A stretch of DNA of 64,000 nt, taken from positions 239,223 through 303,222 of the IMG/VR virus record IMGVR_UViG_3300000976_000008; one strand, written 5' to 3'. The stretch's first letter is position 1, and every line of letters starts with the position of its first letter. The translations under genes and the position numbers were made by a program. This DNA is from a virus. Lineage: Duplodnaviria > Heunggongvirae > Uroviricota > Caudoviricetes. Of the stretch, positions 48,218-56,016 are shown in pieces. The notes under the pieces were generated by a model, which saw nothing but the letters and a program-made list of their open reading frames with translations, was not told the origin of the DNA and did no database searches.

Positions 48218-48292
48218 AGGGGCCAGGGGGATTCGAACCCCCGACGAACGCTGGTTTGAAATCAGCCGCTCTGACCACTGAGCTATGGCCCC
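48218..48292 (-). tRNA. tRNA with UCA anticodon (opal suppressor), copy 1
   Basis: GGGGCCA TA GCTC AGTGGTCA GAGC G GCTGA TT-TCA-AA CCAGC GTTCGTC GGGGG TTCGAAT CCCCC TGGCCCC T. Confidence 0.9.
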
Positions 48293-48303
48293 TTGATACC
48301 AAT

Positions 48304-48330
48304 TTGTTGCGAAAAGAGAAACCCCGTTAA
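48304..48330 (-). promoter_or_regulatory. Class I promoter motif driving tRNA(UCA) copy 1
   Basis: TTAAC-N13-TCGCAACAA, 11 nt before tRNA 5' end. Confidence 0.75.
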
Positions 48331-48351
48331 TTTATATTTTACTACATTAAG

Positions 48352-48428
48352 CAGGGCCAGGGGGATTCGAACCCCCGCAAGACAGGAATTTGAAATTCCC
48401 CGCTCTAGCCAGACTGAGCTATGGCCCC
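48352..48428 (-). tRNA. tRNA with UCA anticodon (opal suppressor, Trp-like G73), copy 2
   Basis: GGGGCCA TA GCTC AGTCTGGCTA GAGC G GGGAA TT-TCA-AA TTCCT GTCTTGC GGGGG TTCGAAT CCCCC TGGCCCT G. Confidence 0.9.
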
Positions 48429-48473
48429 ATATAAACTTCAAATCAAAAATAGTGTTGAAGTCCGCAATTCTCA

Positions 48474-48950
48474 TTGGATGAAAATGTGAAAACCTGTTCC
48501 GCTTGCAATGAAGACAAACCAGAAACAGAATTTAATTGGAAGAAAAAAGATGTCAAACGTCATGCTAGGTGTAAAGAATGTACCAAGAAAGATAAGAAAC
48601 GCCATTATGTTAATAACCGCGATTCATATATTACCAAGCAGAGAAAAATAAACATCCAGAAAAAACTGGAAATTAAGAGTTTGGTTTTCGAACATTTAAC
48701 TAAGCATCCGTGTGTAGATTGTGGCGAAGATGATATCAGAGTCTTAGACTTCGATCATCTAAATCCAAATGATAAAAGATTTAATATTTCTGATGCACAC
48801 AGACATTACCAATACAGCATTAAGAAGGTAAACGAAGAAATTGCGAAATGTGACGTGCGGTGTGCAAATTGTCATCGAATACGCCATTGGGAATTAAATG
48901 TATCTGACAATTCAAGAAGATTATACGAATCTCACACTAATAGATCGTGA
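48474..48950 (+). CDS. HNH endonuclease
   Basis: PCVDCG...VLDFDH...EIAKCDVRCANCHRIRH. Confidence 0.9.
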   Translation: MDENVKTCSACNEDKPETEFNWKKKDVKRHARCKECTKKDKKRHYVNNRDSYITKQRKINIQKKLEIKSLVFEHLTKHPCVDCGEDDIRVLDFDHLNPNDKRFNISDAHRHYQYSIKKVNEEIAKCDVRCANCHRIRHWELNVSDNSRRLYESHTNRS

Positions 48951-49153
48951 GAATTGGAATCATGATTGATACGACTGTAATCAAGTTTGCCTTTGATAAT
49001 TACTCTATCATCACCAGAATTGACTAAGCGTTCAATTGTTTCTTTTTTGTTCTTGCCCATACCTATACCTAGAGCTTCAGCCCATTTTTCCAAATCTCTC
49101 TCTTTGAAGGCTTGGAGGACTAGGGTCATCGCTTCTTTACCGATATGTGACAT
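48932..49153 (-). CDS. Hypothetical protein
   Basis: 73 aa. Confidence 0.6.
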   Translation of the reverse strand: MSHIGKEAMTLVLQAFKERDLEKWAEALGIGMGKNKKETIERLVNSGDDRVIIKGKLDYSRINHDSNSHDLLV

Positions 49154-49180
49154 AGATCAAATCTACTCAGGAGAATTATT

Positions 49181-49495
49181 ATGAAATTGAGACTAATTTC
49201 TGAATCAGCAGATCCTATTGCTCATATCTGCCATGAATGGGGTTCGGAAAATATCGAAGAAGTCATGGCAGCAATCATGGTTAATTCAGCAATGGATGCA
49301 GATTATAAACAGGATGGTCTTGAAGGAACTATTGAAGATAAACTCAGATACTGCAAGAATGGATTTGAAACTGCTGCCGAGGCTGCCGCTGGGTATGCTG
49401 AAACCGATTTTGATCTCTACAGCCATATCCTAGATCATGCGAATCTAGAGAAGTATCTCGAAGAGTGTACTCGAATTTTGTGGGCATTCCACTAA
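49181..49495 (+). CDS. Acidic hypothetical protein, N-term MKLRLISES
   Basis: AGGAG RBS. Confidence 0.8.
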   Translation: MKLRLISESADPIAHICHEWGSENIEEVMAAIMVNSAMDADYKQDGLEGTIEDKLRYCKNGFETAAEAAAGYAETDFDLYSHILDHANLEKYLEECTRILWAFH

Positions 49496-49818
49496 TTCGG
49501 GATTGGCAACGAATCCGTTTCAACTGTGGTCCCATAGAAAGATATTATTCTATATCTCTCATCGGCGAAAAGGAGATAACTTTGAGAATGCTCAAACATT
49601 CTTTCTGAGCAAACTCTATTTCTGATCTTTTCAAGGAGTGTCTCATCGGCAACTATTCCAACAATACATTTTCCAGCAGAATCTAGATCCGAACTATGTA
49701 CGGACCAATTGATTCGATGCTCAAGAATTCCAGAATTCCCATTGCTGGATACTTCCTTCATAAAGCCTATACGCCTAGTAAGCCTATAATTAACCATTTC
49801 CATTTGGTAAGTCAACAA
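49492..49818 (-). CDS. Hypothetical protein
   Basis: 108 aa. Confidence 0.65.
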   Translation of the reverse strand: MLTYQMEMVNYRLTRRIGFMKEVSSNGNSGILEHRINWSVHSSDLDSAGKCIVGIVADETLLEKIRNRVCSERMFEHSQSYLLFADERYRIISFYGTTVETDSLPIPN

Positions 49819-50335
49819 TCCTAGATAAGTGGTTGTTCTTATATTTGGTATATTTCTGACAATCTATCCCCTCGACCTGAGAAGCCATTTTCCTTAGCTT
49901 CTTTTCTAAGGACGGGTTTTCTGCTGCCAGAGTGCCCAAGGCTTGCAGGAAGATATCTTCTTCTTCCTTGGAGATATTAACACGATGGTTAACACTCATC
50001 ATATGGTTGTCTACAAAAGATCCGCTATCAACAAGAACACGTGATTCAGATTTTGATTTCACATGTGTAATCTTAGCTCCTTTAGAATTACCAAATCTTA
50101 AAAAAGATGATGGTTCACCTAGAGAATCCAAGCATTCGATGAAGGTACTAATAGTAGTGTCAGCAACTGTTTGAACTGATTGAGTCTCGAATACCTCTTG
50201 TTGATCATGAATCCTCTTGTTCGGTTCCCATGTAGTATTACAACTGGGACACCGCATCTCATTTTCAAAGTAGACCCCTTGCCGCCACTTACCTCGTTTT
50301 CCACAATTTTCGCAACTATAGGGGTCAACTGACAT
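49790..50335 (-). CDS. Hypothetical Zn-ribbon protein
   Basis: CENC...CPSC. Confidence 0.75.
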   Translation of the reverse strand: MSVDPYSCENCGKRGKWRQGVYFENEMRCPSCNTTWEPNKRIHDQQEVFETQSVQTVADTTISTFIECLDSLGEPSSFLRFGNSKGAKITHVKSKSESRVLVDSGSFVDNHMMSVNHRVNISKEEEDIFLQALGTLAAENPSLEKKLRKMASQVEGIDCQKYTKYKNNHLSRIVDLPNGNG

Positions 50336-50612
50336 GAGGTTTCCAAGCCGAAAAAGACTTCCAATAAGCAGCCCAAGCAGCTTCTATTGCATCAGTGTCT
50401 GTAACGACTTCCAATTCAGCAACATGAACCGGTTCAAAATTCCATCCTTGGGTAAAACAGAGATGACCTTCTTCTACCGCTTCGAATACTTTAGACATTC
50501 CTACATTCAAACCACGAGCAACTGTCCTTATATCAGGCCAAGATTGCATACCGGACTTGAGAAAGAATCTCTCAGCGTAGTTCTGAATTCTTTGTTCTAA
50601 AAGTAGAGTCAT
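50325..50612 (-). CDS. Hypothetical, possible HTH
   Basis: WPDIRTVARGLNVGMSKVFEAV. Confidence 0.65.
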   Translation of the reverse strand: MTLLLEQRIQNYAERFFLKSGMQSWPDIRTVARGLNVGMSKVFEAVEEGHLCFTQGWNFEPVHVAELEVVTDTDAIEAAWAAYWKSFSAWKPHVS

Positions 50613-50662
50613 TGCTCTCTATCAGAGTGAATTTGTTTAAAATAATCTGCAGATCAAGACAA

Positions 50663-50711
50663 GCGGGATTACAAAAAGGCCAAAAAGATTTAGGGTTTTT
50701 TGTAATCCCGC
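50663..50711. other. 15-bp inverted repeat hairpin
   Basis: GCGGGATTACAAAAA...TTTTTGTAATCCCGC. Confidence 0.7.
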
Positions 50712-50722
50712 AATGTTCACAT

Positions 50723-51106
50723 TTAATTTGATCTGATTTCATCCACAGTGCCGATTAACCAAGCATTCGCCAATTGGTTAATTTCTATTTCTATGTCTTC
50801 TATCTCGTCCATCAATTTGATACCTTCATCAGGTTTATCGATTTTTCCGAGATCACATCTTGTTTTCCACAACTCCATCTTGATTTGAGCGTGAGTGTAA
50901 ACCTTCGATTGGGGATGCTCTTTAAACATCCGATGCCAATCTTTCCTGCAATTAAAGCAGATCCAGCAAACAACTCCAAATGCTAGATGTACTTCCGCGA
51001 GCATTGGTTCTGGCCTCTCCATATTATCGCCATCACCACACCGTTCACAACACCTAATAGGTCTTTGTTTGAAATTATTACCATCATCGTACTCATCGTC
51101 GAACAT
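50723..51106 (-). CDS. Hypothetical Zn-finger protein
   Basis: CERC...CFNC; GGAG RBS. Confidence 0.8.
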   Translation of the reverse strand: MFDDEYDDGNNFKQRPIRCCERCGDGDNMERPEPMLAEVHLAFGVVCWICFNCRKDWHRMFKEHPQSKVYTHAQIKMELWKTRCDLGKIDKPDEGIKLMDEIEDIEIEINQLANAWLIGTVDEIRSN

Positions 51107-51145
51107 CGTATCTCCGCATCAGAAGTGTCTTTTCTCTAAATACGA

Positions 51146-51180
51146 AGCGAGCCAGGCTTGATATTATTACCTGGCTCGCT
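51146..51180 (-). terminator. Hairpin, probable terminator
   Basis: AGCGAGCCAGG-N13-CCTGGCTCGCT. Confidence 0.55.
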
Positions 51181-51190
51181 GAATAGCATC

Positions 51191-51340
51191 GTCCCCCGTC
51201 ATCACTACTCCCTTGGGTCCTCTTATAGTGAGGATGGAGGGGAGTAATTCAAGGGGACAATAAGATTACCCCCGTCATCACCCTGCGACTCATGTTGTTT
51301 CTCTTTCGCAATGGAGGCATGGACGCAGGATTCAGGGGGT
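51191..51340 (-). ncRNA. Two tandem homologous hairpins with conserved UGAA/UGAUGAC internal loop
   Basis: Units 51191-51258 and 51268-51340; conserved flanks, different but paired upper stems. Confidence 0.6.
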
Positions 51341-51343
51341 GTT

Positions 51344-52033
51344 TCAATTCGTATTTAGTATCCTCACTGGTACAGGGATTTTGAATTCAGTAATACCGTT
51401 ATTAATCGTTACATCACTTTTCCAAGGGATGAAAAACGGCATATATGAAAAAGGATTAGTATTTGAAATCTTAACTGGCAGGTGGAGCGAATAAGGATCG
51501 TCCAAGTTATGCTGCCAATGTCCGAACTTACCAAGATCAACACTTGTCACGTAAAAGCCGCCAGTTTCATCTTCCCAATTATCAGGGATAACAAAACGCT
51601 CATAGGCGAACTGCATGTTTACTACAGGGCCTTCTAAAGCCTCGCGTGTCTCGCGGAAAAAGAGACTGAATTCGATTTTTTGCAGCTTGGCTGATTTGTA
51701 TTCTAAGCAACCTTGAAATTCAATCCGAATTGGCTTTTCTTCATCCCTATCAGCAACGTTTGATTTTCCACGCAATCGCCGCTGCTTCTTCCGCAATGTA
51801 ATCTGTTTGTACGTGATCCTTTGGTGGTCTTCGGCACCGAAAACTCTTGTCGTCTGTTCAATGCCACCATCGAGAAGTGATATAACCTTAATATCTGGAT
51901 GTAGACGATTAGGATCTACTTCGTCATCTTTAACGATCGAGAAGATTGGTTCGCCAGGAGGGAACTTCTCGTCGTAATCGTCACCACCGCGTAGATCGAT
52001 GCTCGTTTCTCGACGATCTGATGAATCAGCCAT
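51344..52033 (-). CDS. Hypothetical protein
   Basis: 229 aa coupled ORF. Confidence 0.8.
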   Translation of the reverse strand: MADSSDRRETSIDLRGGDDYDEKFPPGEPIFSIVKDDEVDPNRLHPDIKVISLLDGGIEQTTRVFGAEDHQRITYKQITLRKKQRRLRGKSNVADRDEEKPIRIEFQGCLEYKSAKLQKIEFSLFFRETREALEGPVVNMQFAYERFVIPDNWEDETGGFYVTSVDLGKFGHWQHNLDDPYSLHLPVKISNTNPFSYMPFFIPWKSDVTINNGITEFKIPVPVRILNTN

Positions 52034-52439
52034 TTGTATCGAGTTCCGGATGTTTATTAAGAAGCTTGACTATAAGTCTCTGGGCTTCTGGTGAGGGATC
52101 TTCAACATTCATCAGGCCATTTATCATAGCTTCCGCCCCTGAATCAAATACAGGAACGTCACTCTTAGACATATCCAAAACAGATGGGTCTAAATGGCCT
52201 CGTGAGAAAGCCAACCGTAAAGCTAGCAAATTGTCGCGGTCGTGGGTGTCAAACCATCCTCTACAGATGGTATTCTCTCGATCATCGTCGTGGCAAAGGA
52301 AAACGCCCATCGGCTGGGCGAACGTTTCAGCATCGTACCTTTCGAGTTTGAAGTATTCTGATTCATGCCAGACTCCTGAGGGACAATCTTTGCGGTAGGG
52401 GCATCCTCCACAAGGCCGATTTTTGACCGTATTAGGCAT
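52026..52439 (-). CDS. DUF6283-like Cys-rich protein
   Basis: RPCGGCPYRKDCPSGVW...FLCH...CRGW...LLALRL. Confidence 0.75.
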   Translation of the reverse strand: MPNTVKNRPCGGCPYRKDCPSGVWHESEYFKLERYDAETFAQPMGVFLCHDDDRENTICRGWFDTHDRDNLLALRLAFSRGHLDPSVLDMSKSDVPVFDSGAEAMINGLMNVEDPSPEAQRLIVKLLNKHPELDTNG

Positions 52440-52443
52440 TTGC

Positions 52444-52941
52444 TCAGTCTACCGCCAGGCTTGGATATCGCAATTCTGCGAAGACCAAAACACGAAATAG
52501 AACCGTCGAAAAAATGAGACTGCTTACGAAAGTGTTCTTAAAGAACGGAATCGCCAGCACATAACAACTCACTAGACCGTCGAAAGAACGTTCGTAGAAC
52601 ATTAACCAACAGACGAAATTCGTGAATAAGAAGAAGACGACTGAACTGACGGTTGAAGCCAGAATCAAGTTTCCAAACGTGGCTTTTTTCTGCAACTGCC
52701 AACCCAAGTAAACTGTGACCATGAAACACAGATAAACCGCTGGCATCATAATATGAGTGCCAATGATTAGATCGCTAATCCCCATAATCAAAAGTGGAAT
52801 GTAGACTGATTCCTTTTTACCGAGAGCAAATCCCCCGAATAATGCGATAGCACAAACAGGAGTAAAATTCGGCGGATGCGGCAGCAGTCTCAAAAGAACT
52901 GCCACCGCGATCAAGGAAGAAACAAACAACAAGCGATTCAT
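52444..52941 (-). CDS. DUF6580-like membrane protein (putative ECF S-component-like transporter)
   Basis: RLLPHPPNFTPVCAIALFGG...SD...FFLFTNF..W...CYVLAIPFF. Confidence 0.8.
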   Translation of the reverse strand: MNRLLFVSSLIAVAVLLRLLPHPPNFTPVCAIALFGGFALGKKESVYIPLLIMGISDLIIGTHIMMPAVYLCFMVTVYLGWQLQKKATFGNLILASTVSSVVFFLFTNFVCWLMFYERSFDGLVSCYVLAIPFFKNTFVSSLIFSTVLFRVLVFAELRYPSLAVD

Positions 52942-52997
52942 GGGGATTCTGCCATCAGGAGTCGAACAAGGGGTCGAACAAGGTATTTTCGACTGAA

Positions 52998-53381
52998 CTA
53001 CGCCGTAAACTTGGCGATCAATCCGACCACCATGAGGATGAATGACCCGATTCCAAACAGGTAACAAATCACAGGAATGATCATCCGTTTCAGGAAGCCA
53101 CCGCCTGTGTTCGCAACACCCTTGCCGAATTGGTCAAACATCGCTTCTGTGTCCAAGGTCGGCGAACCAGAATCGTCAGATGTGGTTGCAGATCCTACAA
53201 AGTTCTGCATACTTGCGAAAGCTGCCGACCCGCTCTTCTTCATGTTCAGGATTTGGAGAACGATTGCGATTGCAAAGAATACTCCTGAGGCGACGAGGCA
53301 CCAAATCCAATTTGCGGCGAGGAATGTCATGTCTGCTGTGTCCTGTTCTTTTCTTGGTTGAGAATTTCTGGCTTTTGCCAA
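52998..53381 (-). CDS. Two-TM membrane protein
   Basis: Two hydrophobic segments. Confidence 0.75.
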   Translation of the reverse strand: MAKARNSQPRKEQDTADMTFLAANWIWCLVASGVFFAIAIVLQILNMKKSGSAAFASMQNFVGSATTSDDSGSPTLDTEAMFDQFGKGVANTGGGFLKRMIIPVICYLFGIGSFILMVVGLIAKFTA

Positions 53382-53391
53382 TTACCCTTAT

Positions 53392-53418
53392 TTGTTGCGA
53401 ACAGAAATGACCCGTTAA
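53392..53418 (-). promoter_or_regulatory. Class I promoter motif
   Basis: TTAAC-N13-TCGCAACAA. Confidence 0.75.
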
Positions 53419-53424
53419 TTTCGA

Positions 53425-53751
53425 CTAAGGTAATTGACCATCGTACAGTATGAATTTCTCACCTGAATCTGTCACTATTGATACAATCAACGATGCTTGG
53501 ACATCATTCCTATTGTTTTCTTTTTTGAACTTTTTCTTGGCTTCTCTAAGACTCTTCTTGAAATCTTTGTCGCCCATGTGCAAAACGTTCTGTTCACCAT
53601 GATCAGACCAGAGAGATTGAAGGAAAATACCAAAGACATAGTTTCCTAAATCGAATTCTCTCTTGAGTTCCTTCAATGCATCCAAAGAAGTTTGGGCGAA
53701 TGCAACGCCTTTATCGATCGATGAACTGATATCATTACTAGAGAAGTCCAT
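53425..53751 (-). CDS. Hypothetical protein
   Basis: Coupled ORF. Confidence 0.75.
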   Translation of the reverse strand: MDFSSNDISSSIDKGVAFAQTSLDALKELKREFDLGNYVFGIFLQSLWSDHGEQNVLHMGDKDFKKSLREAKKKFKKENNRNDVQASLIVSIVTDSGEKFILYDGQLP

Positions 53752-54064
53752 TGACGAATACCTCTATTTTGTCGAAGAATTCTGGATCTGAATAATCCAC
53801 GTGAGTGTTTTTTATAATTCTTGTAGCAAGAATTTTTATGTTATCACCCCTACATATGATATTCGCCAAGACGCTTCTATCTTCCATCAGAACGAGGATC
53901 ATTTTAGAATGAGGATCTATCCTACAGTAGAAGGTTTCTGAAGCCCAACCCGCAATTGCCTCAAATGTTTTTGCATCTAGACTTGCTGGGTGAGTATTAA
54001 ACAAATCATTGAGCAATTTAGGGTATGCCCTCTTCATTTTTGGGATTGTAAATCGGTCAAACAT
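53738..54064 (-). CDS. Hypothetical, family A
   Basis: VDYSDPEFFDKI. Confidence 0.8.
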   Translation of the reverse strand: MFDRFTIPKMKRAYPKLLNDLFNTHPASLDAKTFEAIAGWASETFYCRIDPHSKMILVLMEDRSVLANIICRGDNIKILATRIIKNTHVDYSDPEFFDKIEVFVNGLL

Positions 54065-54410
54065 TCATTTTTCTGATGCACATATTATCAGGAAGATCAA
54101 TATCTGAATCGAAGTGTGGTGATTTTGTTTCTCTCACCAGCACCATAGATCTCGGATTTCCATCTCCGATCTCATAGATGCCTCCTAGTATGAGTGACAC
54201 CATAGGTGCAGTATCGCCATCCTCATTTACTTCAACACATACGTCTCTGGCATTAAATTCATCTAGCACTTCACCACAAATAAGACATCGTTGGACTACA
54301 TAGCTTCCAATTATGACTCTACTTCCAGCCAAATGTGATGTTGCCATTAGTTCAGTTGTCCTGCCTTCATATGTTGAGCTTTTGGTATCTCTTCTTTGCA
54401 GGATTCGCAA
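54057..54410 (-). CDS. Hypothetical protein
   Basis: QRCLICG; true start probably MATSH. Confidence 0.7.
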   Translation of the reverse strand: MRILQRRDTKSSTYEGRTTELMATSHLAGSRVIIGSYVVQRCLICGEVLDEFNARDVCVEVNEDGDTAPMVSLILGGIYEIGDGNPRSMVLVRETKSPHFDSDIDLPDNMCIRKMNV

Positions 54411-54532
54411 GCATGTGCGACTCTACCGCCTGTTTTCAACCATACCCAGTTTTTAGGTAGACCGCGTTGAACTTCTTCAATACGTTCGCATGAGTCACAT
54501 TTAAATCGCTCTACTTTGCCTAGGTAGCTCAT
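54347..54532 (-). CDS. Small Zn-finger protein
   Basis: CDSC...LPKNW...HACESC. Confidence 0.7.
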   Translation of the reverse strand: MSYLGKVERFKCDSCERIEEVQRGLPKNWVWLKTGGRVAHACESCKEEIPKAQHMKAGQLN

Positions 54533-54589
54533 ATTTTCCCATTAGGAAAGGTCAATCAAAAATAGGGTTCATTTACAGAGAGAACCCGC

Positions 54590-55015
54590 ATGCAAAAAGC
54601 AATATGTAAAAAACATGGAATTTGCGATCATAAATCTCAAGCTAATGGATTTGATCCTAAAGGAAAACGAAGAAAGAATCGTTTACGTTGTGTTCAATGC
54701 TTGCGAGAGAGGCAAAAGAAAGTTTATAGAAAAAAGAAGGAATTTCTTGTAGAGAAACTTGGCGGGAAATGTGCATTATGTGGTTATTTGAAGTGTAATG
54801 GATCATTAGATTTCCATCACATAGATAGAACTACTAAATTTAAAAACATATCACAAATGCTATTAAGAGACAGCTATGAAAAATGTTTGTTAGAAGCAAA
54901 CAAATGCGTCTTATTATGTAGAAATTGTCATGGTGAATTCGAATCTGGACATAACGAAACAGTTAATCAACTAAACGAATTTTTAATCAAGTCCGGGGAG
55001 AATCGAACTCCCTAA
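54590..55015 (+). CDS. HNH endonuclease
   Basis: LGGKCALCGY...LDFHH...EANKCVLLCRNCHGE. Confidence 0.9.
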   Translation: MQKAICKKHGICDHKSQANGFDPKGKRRKNRLRCVQCLRERQKKVYRKKKEFLVEKLGGKCALCGYLKCNGSLDFHHIDRTTKFKNISQMLLRDSYEKCLLEANKCVLLCRNCHGEFESGHNETVNQLNEFLIKSGENRTP

Positions 55016-55061
55016 GCACTAACTTTGGAGGTTAGCCGTCGTACCCACCGACTGCGGACGT
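54988..55061 (-). tRNA. tRNA-Trp(CCA), non-canonical, copy 1
   Basis: CTAAC CT-CCA-AA GTTAG; T arm GGGAG TTCGATT CTCCC; A1-U72, G73. Confidence 0.8.
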
Positions 55062-55070
55062 ATGAAAAAT

Positions 55071-55144
55071 CAAGTCCGGAGAGAATCGAACTCTCTAAGC
55101 ACTAACTTTGGAGATTAGCCGTCGTACCCACCGACTGCGGACGT
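55071..55144 (-). tRNA. tRNA-Trp(CCA), non-canonical, copy 2
   Basis: Tandem duplicate with compensatory T-stem change GAGAG/CTCTC. Confidence 0.8.
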
Positions 55145-55306
55145 ATGGAACATGGAAGTACCGGTCCACGGAGAATGAGGGTTATGACCTAAGAATCAAC
55201 ACACCATGGACCTGCACAATTAGCGGCAAGGCCAATAATAAAAAGTGTGTTGTGAAATAGAAGTGGTCATTGTAAGGTATGTTTGAACGAAAAGGCTATT
55301 TTTCAT

Positions 55307-55336
55307 TGTTGCGGCACCAAAATCGGTGCCGCAACA
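55307..55336. terminator. Hairpin/terminator
   Basis: TGTTGCGGCACC-N6-GGTGCCGCAACA. Confidence 0.65.
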
Positions 55337-55351
55337 CTAATCGTAAGTTAC

Positions 55352-55918
55352 TTACTCGCCCCAATCGCCCCAAATTGGGTACGCTGGAGGCTGCGGGAAC
55401 TCAAGGTCGAATCCGAAGATTTGTAGTTGCATGTAGTAACCTTCGAACGCACTGACAATGCTGCCCCATGTATCACCACAATCTGCTTCCCCCTCGTAGA
55501 ACAGGTCATAGTCGTTGGTAGCGAGAGCCACTTGCATCTTTGAGAGACCACCTACATAACCATTAACTCCGGTTCCGTTGGGCCAGTCACCATCCATCCC
55601 ATTGGAAGCGTGCCAGTGAATCCAGAACAGGTCCTTGATGCGGAATGCTTCGTTCACGATAAATTGACTGACCTGCGACGGGAGCCATTCAAGGTACTCA
55701 GTCGCAACGTCTTCAGTGATACCTTCGAACCAATCACTGGCTGGACCAGAGATATCCTCATCTTGATAGAAGTTCTCCAACTGGTTGAGTCGTGCCATGA
55801 ACTCGAAGCCCATTGGTGGTGGGCCATCTCCACCACCCTCTGGTGGGTAATCTCCATCACCTTGTGCCAGCACAGGCACAGTCAGCAACATCAATAGAAC
55901 CGTAGTCAACGTTCTCAT
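55352..55918 (-). CDS. Secreted acidic hypothetical protein
   Basis: Signal peptide ending VLA-QG; GAGGT RBS. Confidence 0.8.
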   Translation of the reverse strand: MRTLTTVLLMLLTVPVLAQGDGDYPPEGGGDGPPPMGFEFMARLNQLENFYQDEDISGPASDWFEGITEDVATEYLEWLPSQVSQFIVNEAFRIKDLFWIHWHASNGMDGDWPNGTGVNGYVGGLSKMQVALATNDYDLFYEGEADCGDTWGSIVSAFEGYYMQLQIFGFDLEFPQPPAYPIWGDWGE

Positions 55919-55961
55919 CTCAACCTCTTCGATAAAGTGCTCGCCAAAATTGGCAAAAGTA

Positions 55962-55988
55962 AAGCCCGGTTGACAACCAACCGGGCTT
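55962..55988 (-). terminator. Intrinsic terminator
   Basis: AAGCCCGGTT-N7-AACCGGGCTT then TACTTTT. Confidence 0.7.
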
Positions 55989-56016
55989 ATTGTATCATCT
56001 GTTCTCTTAAGGGTGA

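Noticed and set aside
48218-48428. Selenocysteine tRNAs
   Set aside because: 7-bp acceptor, 4-bp D stem and 7-nt variable region; tRNA-Sec has a long variable arm and extended acceptor/D stems; no sel genes in the window.
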